Positions 56,748 through 64,000 of a stretch of DNA of 64,000 nt are shown in pieces. How positions within the stretch are numbered: position 1 is the stretch's first letter; each line of letters opens with the position of its first letter. The translations under genes and the position numbers were made by a program. This stretch comes from Nitrospirota bacterium. Its GTDB lineage: Bacteria > Nitrospirota > JACRHJ01. The notes below the pieces were generated by a model. The model was not told the DNA's origin. It worked only from the letters and a program-made list of their open reading frames with translations, and ran no database searches. Where the stretch lies: assembly GCA_963733375.1 (NCBI GenBank), contig CAVTDB010000003.1:256001-320000 (forward strand). Reading direction: 5' to 3'.

Positions 56748-57470
56748 TTAAGAATTTGCATTCAGTATCGACGGGCTTATCTCGACCTTGTTGCTCTTCC
56801 TAAGGCCTTCCTGGAAGGACGCCACCGCCTTTTCCTGCATGACCGTAGTCAGCATCCTCCTGAGGTTCTCCTTCTGGGTCTGGAACTCTTTTTCGTCGAA
56901 TTCCTTCTTCTGGCTTGCAAGGTGGGCCTTATAAAAATCCCTCAGTTCGTTATCGGTAACGTAAACCGAATCCTTCACCATATTCCGGAACTTATCCGCA
57001 AGCATCTCGTCCCTGAGCTGGTGCTCGTATAATGCCGGCGTCATCCCGTTTGCCTGGAGCACCTGGGCATAGCGAGAGCGGTCAAATCTCCCGCTATCGT
57101 CCTGAAAAGATTTATTCCCCGTAACGGCATCGGAAAGCTCCTGGTCCGTTACGGTAAGACCCTGTTTCTGTGCCTCATCCACGAGGAGCTTCTGGTCCAC
57201 CAGGGCCTGGATTGTCCTCTTGTTTAAATCCAGCCTCTTCAGTACGTCCTCGGGGATATTCCCCTTGTACAGGTTACGGTAGAACTCCTGCATCCGGTCC
57301 AGGGCTTCCTCGTACTGGACCATCGTTATTTTTTCCTTCCCCACCTTCGCGGCGTAGTCCGCTACATCTTCTTTCCCCATCATCCATCCGCCCGTCACGA
57401 CGAACGTGAGGGTGACGACCGCGAGAAGCACCTTGATAAGCACCGGGTGCCGGTGGATAAGCTCAATCAT
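56748..57470 (-). CDS. SurA N-terminal domain protein (PpiD-like chaperone)
   Basis: N-terminal TM; AAKVG.EKIT, GLTVTDQEL, FQ..GRFD..RY…L. Confidence 0.8.
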   Translation of the reverse strand: MIELIHRHPVLIKVLLAVVTLTFVVTGGWMMGKEDVADYAAKVGKEKITMVQYEEALDRMQEFYRNLYKGNIPEDVLKRLDLNKRTIQALVDQKLLVDEAQKQGLTVTDQELSDAVTGNKSFQDDSGRFDRSRYAQVLQANGMTPALYEHQLRDEMLADKFRNMVKDSVYVTDNELRDFYKAHLASQKKEFDEKEFQTQKENLRRMLTTVMQEKAVASFQEGLRKSNKVEISPSILNANS

Positions 57471-57496
57471 GTTTAATAGCTCCTTTAAAAAAAATT

Positions 57497-57606
57497 CGTT
57501 ACTTTTCTTTTGGAAAAAAGAAAAGTAACCAAAAGAAAATCGTGAATTGTTTTAGCTGTACAAGTCCAAAAGTTTTTGGTGTTACCTTTTTCCAAAAAGG
57601 TAACGG
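57497..57606. repeat. Family A element, copy 7
   Basis: GTTACTTTTCTTTT-ggaa-AAAAGAAAAGTAAC-CAAAAGAAAA…AAAAGTTTTTGGTGTTACCTTTT…AAAAGGTAAC. Confidence 0.9.
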
Positions 57607-57648
57607 TCTTTCATAAAAAGAGAATATTAACGGAAAAATGCTTTTGAA

Positions 57649-58138
57649 TCAAGAGTTTTTTCCTGGCCGGGTAAAATGTCCGGAGCGCCCGCCGGACTTC
57701 TCCATCAGGCATATACCCGTAATCTCCATCCCCCGGTCCACCGCCTTGCACATGTCGTATATTGTAAGGGCCGCGACTGTTACCGCCGTCAGGGCCTCCA
57801 TCTCCACGCCGGTCCTGGCCGTCACCTTCGCCTCCGCGCAAATTTCCACCGCACTGGCATTTCTCGTCCAGCTCAAAGTCGATGACTACCTTCTCCAGCG
57901 GCAGGGGGTGGCAGAGCGGTATCAGCCCGGATGTCTTTTTTGCCGCCATAATACCCGCAATACGCGCGACCTCCAGGACGTCTCCCTTCGCCGCCCCTTT
58001 GTCCTTTATCAGCCTGAAGGTCTCCGCCGCCATCAGCACCCGGCCCACTGCCACGGCTACCCGCTCCGTCACGTCCTTCCCGGATACGTCCACCATCCGC
58101 GAGGCCCCCTTTTCGTCGAAATGAGTCAGCTCGGCCAT
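57649..58138 (-). CDS. moaC: Cyclic pyranopterin monophosphate synthase (frameshifted)
   Basis: LTHFD…[21 protein letters not shown] and IYDMCKAVD. Confidence 0.93.
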
Positions 58139-58139
58139 T

Positions 58140-59142
58140 TTACCCCCCGATCCTGCTCATGGTGCGGCGGTATTTATCTTTTACGCCGTCGGCTATGGAA
58201 TGGCCTTCCGGCTTCACGGATAGCGCAATCGATATAAGACGTGAAAGCTCCGCATCGTCACATCCCGCCCTGAGCGGGGTCTTCAAGTCTATCTCCGTCT
58301 CCGAAAACAGACAGGGACGAATTTTCCCGTCGGCCGTCAGCCTCAGCCTGTTGCAACTTCCGCAGAAGTGGTTGGAGAGCGGGCTGATGAAGCCTAATAT
58401 CCCCTTCGCGCCGGGGAGCCGGTAAAGCCTTGCGGGGCCCGCCTGCCGCCCCTTGCCCCCCCTGCCCCCTCTGCTCCACGGGGATAAGCTCGCCCAGGGT
58501 AGAGATTTTCTCCATTATCTCGCCTTCCGTCATCACCTTCGATTCTTCCCACATCGCGCGGTGGCCGATGGGCATAAACTCGATGAACCGGACCTGGTAG
58601 GGCTTCAGGAGAGTCAGGCGCGCGAACTCCCGTACTTCTTCACCGTTAAAGCCCTTGATCGCCACGACGTTTATCTTTATCGGGTCAAAACCCGCCTCTT
58701 CCGCCTGATGTATCCCTTCCAGGACGTCTTTAAGCTCTCCGCCCCTGGTGAGTTCCCGGAACCTGTCCGGGTCCAGCGAGTCGAGGCTTACGTTTATCCT
58801 CCTAAGCCCGGCATCCGCCAGTTCCCGGGCCATCCGCCCAAGCAGGAGCCCGTTGGTCGTAAGGGAGAGGTCCTCTATGCCCGGTATGGCGGCGATCTCC
58901 CGCACCAGGCTTGTTACGCCTTTTCTGATGAGAGGCTCGCCTCCCGTCAGACGCACTTTTTTTATACCGTCCTCCGCCGCCACCTTCACTATCCGCAGTA
59001 TCTCCTCGTACCGGAGGATCGCCTCGTGGGGCAGCCTGGGCACGCCAGCCGAAGGCATGCAATAGACACAGCGTAGGTTGCACCTGTCCGTGATGGAGAT
59101 GCGGAGGTAGTCTATCTTCCGGTTAACCCTGTCGAGCATCAT
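58140..59142 (-). CDS. moaA: GTP 3',8-cyclase (frameshifted)
   Basis: [32 protein letters not shown]; MSRIGG* at the end. Confidence 0.93.
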
Positions 59143-59290
59143 CTTTTTCCGCCTTTATAAGCTATTTTAAGTCCAAAAATGTTTCAAAGCAAGAAGTTTG
59201 GGATTAATTTTTATTGACATGCCCCGGCCCGAGGATATAAACTTCCGCAGTTATTTTTCGTTCTATGGAAACCTGTGCCTTAAGCCTGAG

Positions 59291-61261
59291 ATGGAAACGG
59301 AAAGTCCTGAAATAGCCTCGCCAAAAAGTACCCGGAAGATTTCCAGCGCCTGCTACCTCCTCTATGCCGCCGGATGCCTGGTCATGGGAGTTCTCTCCCT
59401 CAGGGACCTTGTCGGGGGATATGCCTGGACTTTTGCGGTCCCCCTGTCCAGCGTCATGGCCCTGAGCTTCAAGGGGGGCGGGCTTTCGACATACTTCGCC
59501 CTTATACTCTCCGTCCTGGGTTTTGCCGTCTCCGTCTATTCTGCCGGCTACTCCCGGCACTTCAAATCGCCCTGGACCTCCGCCCTGCTTTTCGGAATCT
59601 TTCTGGCCTCCATGTATGCCGTGTTCTTTTCGGCGAATATCCCGGCATTTCTCATCTCCTGGGAGACGATGTCCCTGGCCAGCTATTTCCTGGTCGTCTC
59701 GGATACGGAAAACCAGGAAGCGGAGCGCGCCGGGCTCTTCTACGGCGTCATGACCCATGTCGGCACGGCGTTCATCATAGCCGCGTTCCTGGTCATGTAT
59801 TTCGCCACCGGCTCGCTTGAGTTTGCCGCCATCAAGGCCGGCCTCCACGGCTCCGGTACCTTAAGGTCGGTCATCTTCGTCCTCTCGCTCATCGGGTTCG
59901 GGACGAAGGCGGGAATAATCCCCCTGCATAGCTGGCTCCCGAGGGCGCATCCCGCGGCGCCGTCCAACGTCTCCGCGCTCATGTCCGGCGTGATGATAAA
60001 GTCCGGCATATACGGCATCCTTTTTGTCTCGCTGGGTATCCTTGGCGGTCTTGGCGGAGGCGGAAGCCTCTGGTGGGGGGTGGTAGTGCTTTGCGCGGGC
60101 GCGGTTTCGTCGGTTATGGGGATCATGTATGCACTGATGGAGCGCGATATAAAGAGGCTCCTGGCATACAGCAGCGTGGAGAACGTCGGCATTATCCTTT
60201 TGGGGATTGGCGGGTCCATTATTTTTTCCGCCAACGGTCTGCCCGCGCTGGCTGGCTTGTCCCTTGCCGCTGCGCTGTACCACACGTTAAACCACGCCGT
60301 ATTCAAGGGGCTGCTCTTTATGGGTGCGGGCTCCGCCGTCCATGCGATGGGTACCAAGAACATGGAGAAGATGGGCGGGCTGATAAAGCGGATGCCTTTG
60401 ACCGCGCTTTTCTTCCTGACCGGTTCGGTGGCGATATGCGCGCTTCCGCCGTTCAACGGGTTCGTGAGCGAATGGCTCACGTTCCAGTCCCTCGTCCTGG
60501 GTATCAAGACCTCTGTCGTCCTTACGAAGACATTCATGCTCCTTGCCGGGGCCGCGCTCGCCCTGACCGGGGCGCTTGCCGCATCGAGCTTTGTCAAGGC
60601 GTTCGGGATATCCTTCCTGGGGGTTCCGAGAAGCCGGGAAGCCGAAGATGCCCATGAGGCGTCTATTTCGATGCTTTTCGGTATGGGCATTCTGTCCATT
60701 TTGTGCCTGCTCCTGGGTATCTTCCCCGGATACGTCCTGAAGCTCATCTCAACCGTCCCCCTGCCCGGGCTGGCAAACCTGCCGCAGTTCGCCCCGGGGA
60801 TATTTACCCTGGCCGGCGGAGGCGCGGCCGGGGTCCTGCCTGCCGCAATCCTTATAGCCATGGTTGCCGGCGCCGGGGCAATTTATATCTTCCCGAAATT
60901 TTACGGCGGCAAGAGGAAAGTGACCGAGGGCGACCCCTGGGACTGCGGCCTCAGGAGGCTCACCCCCAGCATGCAATATACGGCAACGGCGTTTACCCAT
61001 CCGCTTCGCCGGATATTCAAAAAAATATACAAGCCGCGGAAAGAAGTGCGGATAGAGTATGTCGTGAAGCCGTTTTTCACCCGCGAGATAGAGTACCGCT
61101 CGGAGATAACGCCTTTCTTCGATATGTATCTCTACACACCGCTGACCCGCACGGTGAACAGTCTGGCGCATTCCGCAAAAAAGCTTCAGTCGGGGAACCT
61201 CCAGCTCTATCTGGGATACATACTGGTGACGCTCGTAGTTTTATTGGTGGTCTGGGGTTAA
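59291..61261 (+). CDS. hyfB: Hydrogenase-4/Ehr antiporter-like membrane subunit
   Basis: PLHSWLPRAHPAAPS.VSALMSG, KRLLAYSSVEN, NHAVFKGLLF, PPFNGFVSEW; start approximate. Confidence 0.88.
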   Translation: METESPEIASPKSTRKISSACYLLYAAGCLVMGVLSLRDLVGGYAWTFAVPLSSVMALSFKGGGLSTYFALILSVLGFAVSVYSAGYSRHFKSPWTSALLFGIFLASMYAVFFSANIPAFLISWETMSLASYFLVVSDTENQEAERAGLFYGVMTHVGTAFIIAAFLVMYFATGSLEFAAIKAGLHGSGTLRSVIFVLSLIGFGTKAGIIPLHSWLPRAHPAAPSNVSALMSGVMIKSGIYGILFVSLGILGGLGGGGSLWWGVVVLCAGAVSSVMGIMYALMERDIKRLLAYSSVENVGIILLGIGGSIIFSANGLPALAGLSLAAALYHTLNHAVFKGLLFMGAGSAVHAMGTKNMEKMGGLIKRMPLTALFFLTGSVAICALPPFNGFVSEWLTFQSLVLGIKTSVVLTKTFMLLAGAALALTGALAASSFVKAFGISFLGVPRSREAEDAHEASISMLFGMGILSILCLLLGIFPGYVLKLISTVPLPGLANLPQFAPGIFTLAGGGAAGVLPAAILIAMVAGAGAIYIFPKFYGGKRKVTEGDPWDCGLRRLTPSMQYTATAFTHPLRRIFKKIYKPRKEVRIEYVVKPFFTREIEYRSEITPFFDMYLYTPLTRTVNSLAHSAKKLQSGNLQLYLGYILVTLVVLLVVWG

Positions 61262-62178
61262 TGGAAAACTTTCAGTTCATACTGATACTTATCCTGTCGC
61301 CTTTGGCTCAGGGGATAATAAAGAAGGTGAAGTGCCTTCTTCAGGGGAGGGTCGGAAGCCCGGTATTGCAGCCGTACTACGACCTGGCGAGGCTTTTTAA
61401 GAAAGACATGGTAATCGCCCGCACCACCTCCTGGATATTCCGTGCCGCGCCTTATATCGTTTTTTCGTCCGTCCTCGCGGCGTCCATGCTCGTGCCTGTA
61501 TTCTCCGCCAGTGGCGCGGTATTCAGGATGGGCGACGTCATCGCCGTAATCTATACGCTGGCGCTGGGCAGGTTCTTCCTTGCGCTTGCCGGGCTTGACG
61601 CCGGGACGGCGTTCGGAGGCGAGGGCTCCAGCCGCGAGATGACCGTGGCGATACTGGTCGAACCAAGCATGATGCTGGCGATATTCACGGCGGCGGTGGC
61701 GAGCGGCTCCACAAGCCTTGCCGCAATCGCCAAGTCCGGGAGCGTCTTCTATTCGCCCGCGCATGTCCTGGCGTTGGCCGCATTTTTCGTGGCGGTTATC
61801 GCGGAAACGGGCAGGATACCGGTGGACAACCCGGACACCCACCTGGAGCTTACGATGATCCATGAGGGGATGCTGCTGGAGTATTCCGGAAAGTACCTGG
61901 CCCTGATGGAATGGGCGCATTACATGAAACAGATGCTTCTTTTCACCCTGGCGGCGGACCTGTTCTTCCCGTACGGCATGGCAAGCACGGGGCTGGGATT
62001 CGGCGCGGTGGAGGCGCTTGGGTATTATGCCGTAAAGATATTGGTTTTATGCCTTGTGATGGCGGTTGCGGAGTCCACGAGGGCGAAAATGCGGTTCTTC
62101 CAGCTCCCGTCTCTCCTGGGCGCGGCGTTCGTGCTATCGGCGCTCTCCATAATAACCTTTATAATGACGGGAAAATAA
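61261..62178 (+). CDS. hyfC: NuoH-like membrane subunit
   Basis: QGRVGSPVLQPYYDL, GSSRE, ETGRIPVDNPDTHLELTMIHE…LEYSG. Confidence 0.88.
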   Translation: MENFQFILILILSPLAQGIIKKVKCLLQGRVGSPVLQPYYDLARLFKKDMVIARTTSWIFRAAPYIVFSSVLAASMLVPVFSASGAVFRMGDVIAVIYTLALGRFFLALAGLDAGTAFGGEGSSREMTVAILVEPSMMLAIFTAAVASGSTSLAAIAKSGSVFYSPAHVLALAAFFVAVIAETGRIPVDNPDTHLELTMIHEGMLLEYSGKYLALMEWAHYMKQMLLFTLAADLFFPYGMASTGLGFGAVEALGYYAVKILVLCLVMAVAESTRAKMRFFQLPSLLGAAFVLSALSIITFIMTGK

Positions 62179-62841
62179 ATGCCAAGGCAGTGGGTAGTAG
62201 TCTATTCCATAACGGATTTCATAACTATCGGGATGCTCCTGACGGTCGTGGCGATGAACTCGCTGAGGAGGATAGAGACCTGCCTTCAGGCGTATACCCT
62301 GAACTCGCTTTTGCTCGCCCTGCTTATGGCCATCAGCGCGTTTTATTTAGGTCTCGCGCATCTTTATATAGCCGCCGCGTTCACCCTTGCCTCCAAGGGC
62401 ATCGCGATACCGCTTCTCCTCAGGAAGGTCGTGCGCTCGCTCAAGATAACCCACGAGGTGGAGCCGAACATCAATACCCCGCTCTCGCTGGTCATATCGT
62501 CCGTCCTGGTGGTGGTAGTTTACTCCTCTCTCTCCAAGGGAATTTTCATAGGCGGCTTCACCGAGAACACCCTCAAGGTCTCCATCTCCATAATCCTCAT
62601 AAGCCTTTTCATCATGATAACCAGGAAGAAGGCCATTACCCAGGTAATCGGGCTTCTGCTCATGGAGAACGGCCTGTTCCTGGCCGGTTTTTCGCTGACG
62701 TACGGGATGTCCACGATAATCGAGCTTGGAGTGGTTTTCGACGTGCTGATGGGCGTGATAATACTGGGCGTTTTCCTTAGCCAGATAAAGAAGGCGTTCG
62801 TAACCGTGGACCTGGACAAGCTGAACACCTTGAAGGGATAG
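62179..62841 (+). CDS. hyfE: Hydrogenase-4 membrane subunit E
   Basis: KGIAIP, QVIGLLLMENG, ELGV.FD, and LKG end. Confidence 0.85.
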   Translation: MPRQWVVVYSITDFITIGMLLTVVAMNSLRRIETCLQAYTLNSLLLALLMAISAFYLGLAHLYIAAAFTLASKGIAIPLLLRKVVRSLKITHEVEPNINTPLSLVISSVLVVVVYSSLSKGIFIGGFTENTLKVSISIILISLFIMITRKKAITQVIGLLLMENGLFLAGFSLTYGMSTIIELGVVFDVLMGVIILGVFLSQIKKAFVTVDLDKLNTLKG

Positions 62842-62843
62842 AG

Positions 62844-64000
62844 ATGCTTCTCCCGCTTATATTGATACCGGCCGCGGCCGCCCTTATATGTCTTTTGGTT
62901 AGCGACCGGCGCGTCTATGAATACGCGACTATCTGCGCCACCGCCGGTATGAGCGTCATATCTTTTTTCATTGTCGGCGGCGCGCTCGGCGGCGAGATAA
63001 TAACGGTCCCCGGCGGCATCATGTACGCGGACGCCGCTCTCGGCGTTCATGCTGATGATAATAACGCTGCTCTCGTTCGCGACGGCCATATACTCGGCCT
63101 GGTACATGGGGAACGAGCTTGACTTCGGCCACATAGACAAGAAGGCGCACCGCTACTACTACCTCCTGTACAACCTTTTCGTTTTAACGATGGCCCTGGT
63201 GCCCATCGCCAACAACCTGGCCGTCCTCTGGATGGCCATCGAGGGCACCACGCTCGTCTCCGCGCTTTTAGTCGGGACATACAGGAAGCGCGAGTCCGTC
63301 GAGGCCGCATGGAAATATATCATCCTCTGCACCGTCGGCATCACCTTCGCCCTGCTCGGCACCTTCATCATCTATTACGCCTCTTCCGGGGCGGTAGGGC
63401 AGGGCAGAGGCGTGCTGGAGTGGACGGCTCTCATGGCGATGGCGCCAAGACTGAACCCGGCGACTGTAAGGCTCGGGTTCATATTGATCCTCGTGGGATA
63501 CGGCACGAAGGCCGGGCTCGCTCCCGTGCATAACTGGCTCCCGGACGCGCACAGCGAGGCCCCTACCCCGATAAGCGCGCTCCTTTCCGGGATACTCCTT
63601 AACTGCGCGTTCTACGGCATACTGCGCTTTGCCGTTATCGCAAGGGCAAGCCTGGGATACCCCTTCGTCCGGGACATGATGTTCCTGTTCGGCATATCCT
63701 CCGTCGCCGTGGCCTCCATATTCATGCTCATCCAGAGGAACTCCAAAAGGCTCCTCGCGTACAGCAGCATCGAGCACATGGGTATCATCGCCCTCTCTTT
63801 CGGCGTGGGCGGGCCGTTTGGATTTTACGCGGCGCTCCTGCACATCTTAAACCACGCAATCGGAAAGCCGCTCATGTTCTTCGTGACCGGCCGCATCAAA
63901 AGCTTCTACAATACCGTGGAGTCCGAGCAGGTCTCAGGCGTCATGAAGACCATGCCGCTGGTCGGCGTCGCCGGTTTTGTCGGGATAATGGCTCTTGCGG
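62844..64000 (+). CDS. hyfF: Hydrogenase-4 membrane subunit F (frameshift near 63040; runs off the window)
   Basis: Read from the DNA: LWMAIEGTT, EAAWKYIILC, GYGTKAGLAP.H.WLPDAHSEAP, KRLLAYSSIEH. Confidence 0.85.

Overview
This is a GC-rich chromosomal window from a Gram-negative bacterium (secretin, c-type cytochrome, sigma54 promoters). A Desulfobacterota/Nitrospirota-like origin is inferred from gene content only. Many genes, including essential metG, are broken by indels, which points to an unpolished long-read assembly rather than pseudogenes. Content in order: treZ-glgX; two sigma54/NtrC-controlled amtB-glnK units with a putative outer-membrane protein and an ArsB/NhaD permease; tpiA-secG; ABC transporters; thiF, a HydG-type radical SAM gene and thiS; rlmD-like and cobM-like genes; an AT-rich lipoprotein; a heme-c sensor kinase with a sigma54 activator; a Pul/Oxp-type T2SS whose ATPase carries REC and MshEN-like domains; a triheme c7-type cytochrome; HD-GYP and TPR genes; metG-ricT-holB-tmk-metH; glmU-glmS-pcrA; surA-like, moaC, moaA; hyfBCEF. 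The most striking unexplained signal is a dense set of small palindromic repeats with no transposase in the window. These are seven ~100-bp double-hairpin elements (six directly after TAA stop codons), three 36-bp elements inserted without target duplication into other REPs and into one another, a third ~100-bp inverted-repeat family, and REPs translated inside metG.
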